Assembly: GCF_963921235.1 (NCBI RefSeq)
Contig: NC_086097.1
Coordinates: 199,642,001-199,706,000 of the forward strand
Reading direction: 5' to 3'
DNA: 64,000 nt
Origin: Mobula hypostoma
Taxonomy: Eukaryota
Under the pieces are notes generated by a model. It saw nothing but the letters and a program-made list of their open reading frames with translations, did not search any database and was not told the origin of the DNA. Shown one piece after another: positions 49,170 through 61,734 of this stretch. A program made the position numbers and the translations under genes. Position 1 is the first letter of the stretch. Every line of letters begins with the position of its first letter.

Positions 49170-50790
49170 ACTCCACCTTCTTAGCAGTTTAAGGAGCTTG
49201 GCTATGTCACCAAAGATGAAATAGATGTACAGTGAAGAGCTTTCGACAGGTTGCATTGTAGCCTGGTATGGACTGCAATGCACACAATCCTGAGATTTCT
49301 GCAGAGGGTTGTCGACTCTGCCTGCTCATCATAGGCACAACCTTCCCCAGTATCGAAGACATCTTCTAAAAGACAGCATCCATCACTAAGGACCTTCACC
49401 ATCCAGGACATGCCCTCTTCTCATTACTACCATTACAGAGGAGGTACATAAGTCTGAAGACCCACACTCAACAATTCAGAATCAGTTTCTACCTCTCTAC
49501 CATTAGGATTCTGAATGGGCTGTGACTGCATGAATACTACCTTATCATTTCATTTTTAAATTATTTATTTTGTAATATATAGTCATTTTATGTTTTTGCA
49601 CTGTACAGTCACCACAAAGCAACAAATTTCATGTTATACAAGTTAGTGTTAATAAACCTATTTCATGTTCAGAATCTGATAACCATGTACAATGAGAACA
49701 ACTGCATCTTATCTAAAATCATCAGGAGCAAATCTTCTCCAAAGGATAGCATTTCTTCTGGCAGCTTGAATGCTATATTCATGGTTGCTGAAGATACCAC
49801 AGTCACAGGCCGAATCAAAGGTGATGACAAATGAGCATACAGGAGGTAGACTGAAATTCCAGCTGAGTGGTGCCACAACAACAACCTCTCACTCGATGTC
49901 AACAAGACCAAGCAGCTCAGGAGGAGGAAACTAGAGGTTCTTGAGTCCTTGAGCCAGTCCTCATCAGAGGATCAGAGGTGGAGTGGGTCAGCATCTTTAA
50001 ATTCCTCAGTGTTATCATTTCAGAGGCCCTATCCTAGGCATAGAACACGTGCAATTACAAAGAAAGCACAGCAGGACCTCTGCTTCCTTAGGAATTTGCA
50101 AAGATTCAGCATGACTTCTAAAACTTTGACAAACTTCTATAGATGTAAGGGAAGAGTATATTAACTGGTTGCATCAATGCCCTTGAAAGAAAATATCCTG
50201 GATGGTGAAGGTCATTAGTGATAGTTGGGAAAAATCCAATAAGAAGTGACAGATGTAGCCCAGTCCATCATGGGTAAAACCTTCTCACCATTGAGAACAA
50301 CTACAGGAAAACAACATTGTTGCAGGAATGCAGCATCCATCATCATAGACCCCCACCAGCCAGGTCATGCTCCCTTCTCACTGCTACAATCAGGAAGAAG
50401 GCACAGGAGCATCATGACTCACACAACCAGTTCAGGAACAGTTAGTACCCCTCAACCATCAGGCTCTTGAACCAAAAGTGATAACTTCACTTGACCATCA
50501 CTGAAATGCACTAACAACCTATGGACTCCCTTTCAAGGACACTTCATCTCATGTTCTTAACATTTATTGCTTATTTATTAATTATTACTATTTCTTTTTG
50601 TATTTGCACAGTTGATGTCTTTGGCACACTGGTTAAACACTCAGTTGGTGTGGTGTTTCATTGATTCTATTATGGTTATTATTCTATTATGGATTTGTTG
50701 AGTATGCCCACAAGAAAACAAATCTCAGTGCTGTATATGGTGACATATATGTACTTTGATAATAAATTTACTTTGAACTTTGACCTTTAA
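49170..50790 (+). mobile_element. Two old Rex/Babar 3' fragments in tandem
   Basis: AEDTTVTGRI and KKAQQDLCFLRNL motifs; tails near 49650-49680 and 50760-50785. Confidence 0.8.
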
Positions 50791-51609
50791 AGTTGTGCTC
50801 ACCACTTCAATCACTGCTTACACTATTTAGCCTCTTCATCATTCCTTGTGCAAACTGTGACACAAATATGTGAGGATCTTCCTTCTGTTTTCCATTAATA
50901 TCAATATTGATAATCAGTTTTTAAGGGTGATTTAATGACACACCCATTGAAGTGTTGTCTTGATCTCAAATATGTCAAATGCTTTCACTCCCAACTAACC
51001 CCTAGCATTTAAGTCTTTGGTCCATGTTTCAACCAAGGCTGCAATGAAATCCAGAACCAGGTTGTCTACATAGAAGGATAAGGCACCAAGAACATTCCCA
51101 TCATTAAGGAAAGGAATCTTTTTCCTGGAGGAGGAGGAGGAGTAGTAGTAGTATTCCTCTTTTTCTTCATTTCTCCTTTCCCTTCTCCTTCTTCCCATCA
51201 CCCCTACTGTGGCATTAGGTGCCAATAGATCCTTCATCTCCCAGGGATGAGGTCATTGGATCATCTGTTGTCATTTTTGTATCTCTGGGTTTAATGAGTT
51301 GGAGTTGCTAGTCCCATGGTATCTTCCTTCTAATACATTTTAATTGTCCACCTGATTAGAAGTTGCAAAGCTTAAGGTTGAACCTTATTTTCATGTAAGC
51401 CTGCTGTAGACCTCAGATATCTTTCTGCACTCCTCATTGAAGGTTGGTTGATTCCTTGGCTTAATGGTAACAACAGAGTGAGGATAACATCAAACATGAA
51501 GTTATAAATTGCAGACAACAGGATTTCTGCAGATGCTGGAAATTCAAGCAACACACATCAAAGTTGCTGGTGAACGCAGCAGGCCAGGCAGCATCTCTAG
51601 GAAGAGGTA

Positions 51610-51647
51610 CAGTCGACGTTTCAGGCCGAGACCCTCCGTCAGGACTA
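51610..51647 (-). ncRNA. PLE minimal hammerhead with core mutation (CUGACGG)
   Basis: Minus strand UAGUC-CUGACGG-AGGGUCUCGGCCU-GAAAC-GUC-GACUG. Confidence 0.55.
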
Positions 51648-52382
51648 ACTGAAGGAAGAGTGAGTAAGAGATTTGAAAGTGGGAGGGGGAGGGGGAGATC
51701 CAAAATGATAGGAGAAGACAGGAGGGGGAGGGATGGAGCCAAGAGCTGGACAGGTGATTGGCAAAGGGGATATGAGAGGATCATGGGACAGGAGGTCCAG
51801 GGAGAAAGACAAGCGGGGGGGGGGAACCCAGAGGATGGGCAAGGGGTATAGTCAGAGGGACAGAGGGAAAAAAAGGAGAGTAAGAGAAAGAATGTGTGTA
51901 TAAAAATAAATAACGGATGGGGTACGAGGGGGAGGTGGGGCATTAGCGGAAGTTAGAGAAGTCGATGTTCATGCCATCAGGTTGGAGGCTACCCAGACAG
52001 AATATAAGGTGTTGTTCCTCCAACCTGCATGTGGCTTCATCTTTACAGTAGAGGAGGCCGTGGATAGACATTTCAGAAAGCAGGATCTCCCAGTGGCCAC
52101 CTACGCTCTGTCCGCCAGAGAAAGCAGGATCTCCCAGTGGCCACACATTTTAATTCCACATCCCATTCCCATTCTGACGTGTCTACCCCTTGCCCATCCT
52201 CTGGGTTCCCCCTCCACCTTTCCATCTCCCTGGGCCTCCTGTCCCATGATCCTCTCATATCCCCTTTGCCAATCACCTGTCCAGCTCTTGGCTCTATCCC
52301 TCCCCCTCCTGTCTTCTCCTATCATTTTGGATCTCCCCCTCCCCCTCCCACTTTCAAATCTCTTACTAACTCTTCTTTCAGT

Positions 52383-52420
52383 GATTCCTGACGAAGGGTC
52401 TCGGCCCGAAACGTCGACTG
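52383..52420 (+). ncRNA. PLE minimal hammerhead
   Basis: CUGACGA(52388-94)-A-GGGUCUCGGCCC-GAAAC-GUC-GACUG; stem II intact, stem I mutated. Confidence 0.65.
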
Positions 52421-53279
52421 TACCTCTTCCTACAGATGCTGCCTGGCCTGCTGCGTTCACCAGCAACTTTGACGTGTATTGTTATAAATTGCGGTACTGT
52501 GCACTTCTGCTGGTGCTGCTGATCCACAGCACCTCATGGATGCCCAGTTCTGAGTTGCCACATCAGCTTTGAGTGTGTCCTACTTTACACAATTGTAGTG
52601 CTGCACAACCAATGAAGGGTGAGCTTAGTATGTAAAAAGGATCTTGTCTCCACAAAGACACTGCTGCTGTGGACAGATGCATCTGGCACAGGTTAGTGAG
52701 AATGTGGTCAGGGAGGTTAGCCCTCATGTTGGTAGTCTCTCCCTACTTGCTGCAGATCTAATTATTAATATCTCAGCTAGTTCAGTCATTTAAGATGCAA
52801 TGGACACTCAAATGAAGCATATTTTTTTTACATTTGATTCTTGCAGTACTTTTTCAAAGTGTTGCACATTGATTTATAAGCTGAAAGAGGACAGTTTTTC
52901 TTAAGCTGGAGGATGCTTCTTTATCCATAATTGGTCTCATGATTGGAAATTTCAAGGAGTGAAGCTAAAGTTAAGTATTCTAATGCCTAAAAAGAAAATC
53001 CCTCTACCGTATATCCCGCATGACCTCTGCGAGTTTTGACCTGCAAGCAGATGAAATGGCTGACAGGCCTGCAGCATGATTCAATATAGAATTAAACCTT
53101 ACTTCAGATATCAGAATCAGTTGGGAATGTCCAAACTAATCACTGCTCACTGAAAGTTTATTGAAAGTTTTTGAGCTGAAGCATTAACTCTGCTTCAGCT
53201 CAACTCTGGTAATATATGACCTGCTTTATTTTCTAGCAGTTTCTGATTTATTTTATTTTATCATTTTTCACCTCTACCT

Positions 53280-53830
53280 TGGAATGTCATAAAGCAATTG
53301 AAAATGTTGGAGCCTGTGGAGGGACCTTTACGTATATTTAAGGCACAGGCTGATACATTCTTGATTGTTCACAGCATGAAGGGATACAGGGAGAAGGCAG
53401 GAGATTGGGGCTGAGAGGGGAATTGGATCAGCCATGAAGAAATAGAGAAGCAGAATCAATGAGCCAAATGGCCTAATTCTGCTACTATATCTTACGGTCT
53501 TATAATATAAAAGTATGAGAGGCATCGAAAGAGTAGATAGATAATCAGAGTTTTTATCTCTGAGTGAAAATATCAAATGCTAGATGGATTGGTTTTAAGG
53601 AGAGAGGGATAACGTTTAAAGGTGATGTGCAAGGCAAAAACTTACACAGAAGTGGTAAGTAGTTGTAGCAGGTATAACAGCAATGTTTAAGAGATATTTA
53701 GTCTGGCATGAACAGGGAATGGAAGGATGTGGACCACATGCAGACGATGGGATTTGTTTAAATCAGCATCGTGGTCATACAAAAGGTCTGTCCTGGTGCT
53801 GCACTGTTCTCTGGTCCATGTTTTAATGTA
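53280..53830 (+). mobile_element. Two nested old CR1 3' ends
   Basis: CR1 3' UTR with tail TCTTACGGTCTTA near 53490, inside another CR1 C-terminal fragment. Confidence 0.65.
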
Positions 53831-54732
53831 ACACACATGTAATGTCAGAAGTTATCATGTCTGCCAATACTTATGGAAAATTTAGTAAGGAGTTCATTGT
53901 TGAGTAAAAATCTTTAACTGCAGAATGCATCCAGGATTACTAGCTATCAATGGAATGCCAGCCATGGTGTTGCTGTGACGGTGTTAGGGAGTATTCTGGA
54001 ATTATGTCAATAAAGTAGGTATTAATTCAAGCAAGAACCAGTCTTCAGTTCTTAATGCAAATTGTAAATTGAAAGCAGTATATTGAAGTTGAAAGCACAG
54101 CTTTGCAAATAATACTGTCTGGAACATAGGCTGGCTCACTAACAATGAGATATGATTTACAAAAGGGTGGTCATTCACATTCACATATGCATCAGCCAAA
54201 TGTTAAGACAATGAGGTTATATTAATTGGCATGTATCAATCCAGGCAACTATGGGTTTAAGTAATTTGCAACATTATAAACAATTCAAGGAAGCTTGCAG
54301 ACCAGCCTGATACTGTCATTTCACACATCAAATAGCTGAGCTATCAATAATTGAGAGACTTGGGTACTCAAAGAATCATCTATAGATCCTGAGTATCTGG
54401 CTCGACCTCAAAAGTTTTTTAGAAAATCTGTGTCAATTAGTTTGTCCTGGCAAAGGTATCTGGACATTTGAAAGGCACTGCAGATATACAATTCAAAGGA
54501 AGCATTGTCAACCCAATGTATTGAGGTAAACAACGTCATTGTAGTTATTGAAACCGTATTGAATCACCTACTGTTACTTTTGATATACCTTTGAGTTTGC
54601 GGGTTCTGCAGAGATAGTTTCTCTAGTTCTCCAATGACTTCATCACAGTCATAACAGTGAGATAGCTGCCTTTACCATGTGACAGAAAAGAAGATGTGAC
54701 AACCAGCAACAAAAAGACAAACACAATGATGG

Positions 54733-55945
54733 AGTCATAGTGGGGGGGGGGGAGGTGGCACTGGAAACGGACCCAAATGGGAGACACAGACACTGAAGTA
54801 CAAGGAACAGGACTAGGTTAGTCAAGAAAGCAAGGGAAGTGGGGAAGAAAGGACACTGGACATGACACAGGCCCTGGACAAGGCTAGGATACAGAGCCTG
54901 GGCTACGACTTGACTAGGATAGCAGAACCAGGACATGGAACTTGGAGCTAGGAGCCTGGGCTGAGACTCTGAGCCAGAGACTGGACAAGGGCCCAGAACG
55001 TGGGTCTTGACTTGGGCTCGGACCCTGGAACTAGGCGAGGACATGACATGGCTACAGGACGAGGAGTGGCAACAGGACTGGACATGAGACTTCTGGATAG
55101 GACAAGGGAATCCCAGCACAGGACAAGGGAACCCCAGTACTGGGCTGGGCAGGGTACTCCTTGGCTGGGCGAAGCACATGGACAAGATGAGAACACAAAG
55201 CCGTGGCTTGGACAGGACAAGGTTCTTGAACGTGGCTAGGACTGGATGAGACCCTGAAGCCTTGACTTGATCAAGGGAGAGACAGGAACGCAGAGCCTCG
55301 GTTAAGGGAGAGACAGGAACACAGAGCCTGGACCCCTCCTTGGAAACAGGACGTAGGGCCGGGACTCATTACATAGAATGCAGAATATGTCAAGATGGCT
55401 CCCAACATAAGGTAGCAGCAGATGGTCGGACCTACCTAGCGAAGGCATGGATACAGACAGTTCCCAACACTAGGTAGCATAAAATGGCTGGACCCACCTA
55501 GCAAAGGCATGGATACAGACAGTTCCCAACACTAGGTAGCCGCAAACAGTCAGACCTACCTAGCGAAGGCATGGATACAGACAGTTTTCAACACTAGGTA
55601 GCGACAAACAGCCGGACCTACCTAGCGAAGGCATGGACACAGAGACATGTCAAAACATCAATAGACAGTTCCTTATCTTGCTCCAGTGATGGAACTTGAC
55701 AGCAGTGCAGGCGAGAGTTACAGGCGAGGCGAGGCTTCAGCCAAGGCAACAGAAGGGATTCAGATAGGGGGTATGGACAGGAACAATCCAGCAGCCAGAG
55801 GCTGAATCCTGAATCTATTTATGGATCCAGCCCAAACAAGAATCAGCTGCCTCAACAGAAACTGGGGAAAACTGGAAAACCTGGAATAAGGAACATGGAC
55901 CGGACCGTGAACCGGAATGCGGATTTCGCGGACCATACCATGACA
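54733..55945 (-). mobile_element. Gypsy-like solo LTR (family of 38641-40801)
   Basis: (A/T)GTCA...TGACA; TSD GATGG/AATGG; shares AACGGACCCAAATG.GAGACACAGACACTGAAGTAC and GAACCGGAATG.GGA ends with the other copy. Confidence 0.85.
55398..55640. repeat. 62-bp tandem repeat, about 4 copies, inside the LTR
   Basis: (G/A)AAGGCATGG recurs at 55441, 55503, 55565 and 55627. Confidence 0.92.
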
Positions 55946-56215
55946 AATGGTTGCAATAATTTAACAGTGTGCTTAACCTATCCAATATATCAGTGTTTAA
56001 TTATATAACAGAGCCTCTCCCAAGAAACCAAGCCTGTGTTTTCACAGCATGTCTGTCACTTTATACTCCTTAACATGACATATTTTACAACAGTCCAACC
56101 ATGGCTGAAAACTAGTTGGACATTTTTTAACAATATGAATACCACACCCATTTAAGCTTTAAATCCATACCTTAAGGGAGTAGGAAACTTCCTGGAGGCT
56201 TGTAAGTCTGTAAAC

Positions 56216-59200
56216 TGACTCGGACTTTGTTAATTTTATGAATGAACAGATTGAGCTTTTTTTTACAATTAACCATACAGAAGATATTTCGGTTAACACT
56301 CTTTGGGACACTTTTAAAGCCTATATTCGGGGTCAGATTATTTCGTATTCCGTTGCTTTGAGGAAGAAACAGAAGCAGGAGGAGATGGCAATTGTGGACA
56401 AGATTAAAGAAATTGATAAGAAATATGTTATGGCTCCTTCTGAGGAGTTATACAAACAAAGAACTGAACTTCAAATGGAACACAGTTTACTACTCTCGTC
56501 CTCGATTGTAAACCAATTAAAGAAAACAAGAAGTGATTTTTATGTTCACAGTGATAAAATTGGCAAGCTGCTGGCTAATCAATTGAAATCTAATTATGTT
56601 AAATCTCAAATCAATCAGATTTATAACCAAAATGATCGATTGATATTGGATCATGTGGGGATTAATCAAACCTTTTGTGATTTTTATTCTTCTTTATATC
56701 AATCAGAGTCTCCTCGAGATTCTAAATATATGAATGATTTTTTAGATAAGTTAGACTTCCCTCAGATTTCACAGGATATGTCTTCTTTATTAGATACTTC
56801 CATTACAATGGATGAGATTAAGAATGTTATTTTTTCTATGAATCTGGGGAAAGCTCCTGGCCCTGATGGGTTTACCGTTGAATTTTATAAATGTTTTGCT
56901 TCTTTATTGATTCCTTGGCTCTATAAGGTTTTTGAGGCTTCTTTGAAACTTGGTAAACTTCCGGAATCTTTTAATAGAGCATCAATTTCTCTAATACTAA
57001 AGAAGGATAAAGACCCTGCTCAATGTGCATCTTATAGACCAATATCTTTATTAAATGTTGATTCTAAAGTTTTTTCTAAGTTATTAGCAAATAGATTAGA
57101 AAAAGTACTTCCTTCTATTATTTCGGAAGACCAAACGGGTTTTATTAAAGGTCGTTACTCTTTTTATAATATTCGTACATTGTTAAATATCGTTTATACT
57201 CCCTCACAAAATGTTCCTGAGTGTGTTATTTCTTTAGATGCCGAGAAAGCTTTTGATAGAGTAGAATGGCCTTATTTATTTAAGGTGCTTGAAATGTTTA
57301 ATTTTAGCTTGAAATTTATATCCTGGATTAAACTGTTATATCACTCCCCTGTAGCCTCGGTTCGTACTAACTCTTTAAACTCACCTTTTTTTCCTCTCTT
57401 TCGTGGTACTCGACAAGGCTGTCCTCTTAGTCCCCTATTATTTGATATTGCATTAGAACCTCTTGCAATTGCTATTCGAGAATCTTCAAATATTACTGGG
57501 ATAACTCGGGGATTAAAGTCCCATAAATTATCACTCTATGCTGATGATTTACTTTTATATATTTCTAATCCTGAGAGATCCATTCCTGCTGTTTTAGAGT
57601 TATTAGCACAATTTTGTCTTTTCTCAGGTTATAAATTAAATCTTAGTAAGAGTGAACTTTTTCCGATTAATAAACATCTTCCCTTATATTATAAATTTCC
57701 ATTTAAATTGATTAATAATTACTTTTCATATCTTGGGATTAAAATTACTTGTAAACATAAAGATTTATTTAAGACTAACTTTTTACCATTAATAGACCAT
57801 ATTACTCAACTTTCATCTAAATGGTTTCCCTTATATTTAACTTTGATTGGTCGTATTAATGCAGTTAAGATGTTTTTTTTGCCAAAATTTTTATATGTGT
57901 TTCAGGCATTACCAATTTTCGTTCCTAAATCTTTTTTTGATAAAGTTGACTCTAAAATTTCTTCATTTATTTGGCAGAATAAGAATCCGAGACTGGGTAA
58001 AATACATTTACAGAAAGCTAAGAGAGATGGAGGTTTAGCATTACCTAACTTTAGATTTTATTATTGGGCTATTAATATTCGACATATGAAATTTTGGTTA
58101 CTTGACCGGGACATACTATCTATTCCTAAATGGGTAGCATTGGAATTACAATCTGTTCAGGGTTATACACTTGGTTCTATTTTAGGTTCCTCTCTTCCTT
58201 TTGATTCGAAACGTCTTAAGCAGGTCTCTAACCCGATAGTTAAATATGCTTTGCGCATTTGGTTTCAATTCAGAAAATTTTTTGATCTTAATCAATTCGG
58301 GTTAGCGATTCCTATTTTAGGTAACATATTTTTTCCTCCCTCTTTTTACGGATCGCGCTTTTCAAACTTGGAAGACTAAGGGTATTTTACGGTTTTTGGA
58401 TTTATTTTTAGATGGTTCCCTTATGTCTTTTGAACAATTATCTAATAAATATAACTTATCAAGAATACATTTTTTTAGATATTTACAAGTTAGAAATTTC
58501 CTAAGTACTATACTTTCTTCCTTTCCAATGCTTCCTCCTATATATATTTTAGATTCGATAATTAACCTTAATCCATGTCAGAAAGGTGCATCGGCTATGA
58601 TTTATAATATTATTATGAAACTTAGGAAAGCTCCATTTGATAAGATTAGGGTAGATTGGGAACAGGAATTGGGGCTTACCATTTCTGTGGATGATTGGGG
58701 GCAGATTTTACAATTAGTTAATACATCCTCTATTTGTGCTAAACATTCCCTAATTCAATTTAAAGTGGTTCATAGAGCACATATGTCCAAAGATAAGTTA
58801 GCGCGTTTTTACTCGCATATTAATCCTTTCTGTGATAGATGTTCGGGGCAGATAGCCTCTTTAACTCATATGTTTTGGTCTTGCCCTACTTTGGAAACTT
58901 TTTGGAGAGATATTTTCAATATTATTTCTAAGGTATTAAATATAGATATCTCTCCTCACCCTATTACTGCTATCTTTGGACTACCTAAAATTTCTAGTAA
59001 TCTTTCCCCTTCAGCCCGTAGAATGATTGCATTTCTTACTTTAATGGCGAAAAGATGTATTTTACAACATTGGAAAGAGCTTAATGCTCCAACTACCTTT
59101 TTTTGGTTTTCTCAGATGATTTTATGTTTGAATTTGGAGAAAATTAGAAGTAACCTTTATGATTCTTCATTTAAATTTGAACAGATTTGGGGACCTTTTA

Positions 59201-59223
59201 TTCGATATTTTCATTTAATGTAA
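56216..59223 (+). pseudogene. L1 ORF2p (RT plus C-terminal CCHC), endonuclease lost; a single frameshift near 58340
   Basis: LWDTFKAYIRG, KAPGPDG, YRPISLLN, LDAEKAFDRV, RQGCPLSP, LYADD, YLGI, GGLALPN; CDRC..HMFWSC. Confidence 0.95.
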
Positions 59224-59576
59224 TATTTACCCTTCTTGTTTTTTTTTTCACTGTTTTTAATGGAGGTCGGGATTGAGGACGTGATTTTAAGTTTAACTCT
59301 GTTTGGTTTCAAGTTAGCCCATTGCTTTGCCTTGCTTTTAGTTAGCTGCACGGTGGGTTTTTTTTGGGGGGTTTTTTTTCTTTTTTTTCCATTGATATAT
59401 ATAAAATTTAGTATACTATTATGTTATCTTGGTTTCTTATGCTTAAATTACATTGTTTGTAGTATTTTCTTTTTGGTATTGTTATCTTTTGGAATTTTAT
59501 TATACTTTAACATTGTATTAATGTTTATATGGCTTACCTTTTTTGTATACTTACTCAATAAAAAGATTTAAAAAGA
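56216..59576 (+). mobile_element. Young 5'-truncated L1-clade LINE with 12-bp TSD
   Basis: AAGTCTGTAAAC at 56204-15 and 59577-88; T-rich 3' UTR ending AATAAAAAGATTTAAAAAG. Confidence 0.96.
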
Positions 59577-59629
59577 AAGTCTGTAAACAGAGTACAAGCC
59601 CGTGATCCACTCTATTGCTTTTATCTGAT

Positions 59630-60110
59630 TGAGGCGACAGGCAAGGTTGAAGTTGACGAAGATGAGAGGAGGATGTGCAGGTGTTCAGAGCCATCTGCCT
59701 GTGTTTGATCAGACTTCCTCTCCTTCTCACTAGCTGCTGTTGGAGGAAAGTGCCAGAGTCTTGGGGTCAAGGATTGATTGGTGAGGCTGTGTTCCAGGAT
59801 CTGAGTTACTCATTTTTATTGCTGTTTTTGAGTGGTTTGATCGTTGTGGACTGGGACACTTCAGTGAAGAATGCCTTGCTCTGCAGCCTGCAGTGGGCTC
59901 TCAGTGTGATGCTGATCTGAACTAAATACATCCTGGTTTTGATGTATGATATTCTATGCATTGTCCGCTTGTTTTTTGCCATTTTCACAATTTGTTCTTT
60001 TTGGGTGGTTGATGGTCTCTTGAACCGGTTCCATGGTGTTTCTTTGTTTTGTGGTTTTCTGCAGCAGGATGAATATCAGAGTTGTATTCTGTATAAGTAC
60101 TTTGAATCTC
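59630..60110 (+). mobile_element. Old non-autonomous element with a Rex-type 3' UTR
   Basis: 3' part resembles 18190-18365 and 50650-50785. Confidence 0.5.
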
Positions 60111-60304
60111 ACATGATACCCGAGGAATGCAAGATTGCTTGAACTGATAAAAACCACTCGCTCTTTGTGGTGCAGTTCTCTGCACCATGTTCATGTTGGC
60201 TGCTGAGATCTTGATAAAGAGCATGCACCATGAACTTTATGGACAATCTCCACTGGGTAAAACAGGCATGAAGTAATTGCACATTGTGATCCTGGACTAT
60301 TTTC

Positions 60305-60690
60305 TGGTCCTATCCTGTTTAGCTGCTTTAGTCTGCAAGATGGGTGGCAGAGTGGAGATACCTTTCTGCCAACGGAGGTGTAAGGTGCTCCTTTCTTCCG
60401 CTAGCCTGCAGGTCACCCTTAGCCAAGATGTAGCACCTGCATGGTCCTCTGATCAGGGTCACATGAAGCCACATGAGCAAGTGGTGGACGGTCGTATGAG
60501 CAGCTGGTGCATATCACAACTCCCGGTTATGCAACCACTGATGTCAGGCAGACAATCTTTGAAGAGTATTGGTAATGGCTGGGGTCATCCGTCTTGTAAG
60601 GACATTACCCTGAAGAAGGCGATGGCAAACAATTTCTGTGGAAGTATTTGCCAAGAACAATCATGGTCATAGAACATGATCACCCACATG
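60305..60690 (+). mobile_element. RTE-derived SINE-like element
   Basis: GAAGAAGGCGATGGCAAAC..TGTGG.AGTATTTGCCAAGAACAATCATGG resembles the BovA/RTE UTR motif GGAGAAGGAAATGGCAACCCACTCCAGTATTCTTGCC. Confidence 0.6.
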
Positions 60691-61734
60691 GCAAGGTATT
60701 GTTGGCTGAGATTCTGGGGTATTCAAGCAAATAAAAGATTTTTAAAAAAAAGATTTAAAAAAAAATTAAAGCAGTGTACTACAATGAACACTAACAGCAG
60801 GTATCCACACTGAGATTCTGAGTATATAACAAAATATATAAACCTATAAATTACAACTGCCAATTGTAGCCATATTGGTATTGGAGTGACATTCTTCTAT
60901 TGGTATTTTTCATCAAAGAGTTAAAGTTGCTTATATTTAATGCTTTGATGGTACCACTAAATCGTCAAAACAAAATTATTTAATGAAATAAACTATTAAC
61001 ACTGAATAGAATATCTGTTATTGGTCAGAAATACATTCAATTTTGTTTAAAATAAAAGCTTTAAGGCATTGAAATTTGGTCAAGTGGTGCCAATTCATAA
61101 ATGTGTTATTTTTCATTTATAATATTACCTCCATATATTTGATCTGGATTTTATCCTCTCACACTTCTGCAATGTCAAACTCTCCAAATGATACTAGCAT
61201 TAAGGTATTTCCCAGGATCCTTCATTAGCAACATTTTCAATCCTGTTGGCTTGAAAAATGACAGTTGTTGTTCACTCACAGTACAACCAGCTTTTACTAA
61301 GGCTGCTTGCAAAGAAAGAGTGCTATTTATAGGACCAATTGCATGCAACCTTCATTCTTCCATTCAGTAATCTGACAGCTAACTCTGAAGGCTGAGTCTT
61401 TCTCGCATCTTGAAGTGATTTTCTACAAGAAAAGCAGCTTGCATGCAGATCTCTGGACCTCTTGATGGATGACATGACAACTCAAGCATCAAAGATTATT
61501 TAGGCTCTTCCTCAGATTCATTTGCAAGGACCATATTGCAGGAGGTAGAGTGGGGCTCATTAGCTTGGACCTTATTCACCCATGAATAAAAAACAGTAAA
61601 AGCTGGATCTACTCAGCAACACAAGAACAAGAGTTAATGTTTCAGCTTGCTGACTTTTCATCCTTTCATCAGAACCAGGAAAAGTAAGAGATCAGATGAG
61701 TTCAAATAGTAGAGCTAAGGTAGAAGCAGAAAAA

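Larger units (their letters stand above)
51513..52480. mobile_element. Rearranged PLE with head-to-head pLTRs and 12-bp TSD
   Basis: GTTATAAATTGC at 51501-12 and 52481-92; minus pLTR and endonuclease end at 51513-52072, then plus-strand endonuclease scraps and pLTR. Confidence 0.93.

Noticed and set aside
55398..55640. Repeat-spacer array
   Set aside because: The whole 62-bp unit repeats; variation is point substitution only
59236..59571. Hydrophobic 111-aa ORF after L1 ORF2
   Set aside because: By-product of the T-rich 3' UTR, with a non-ATG start
61120..61560. Unique-looking sequence with a minus-strand donor motif
   Set aside because: Stops in all three minus frames; no supportable exon
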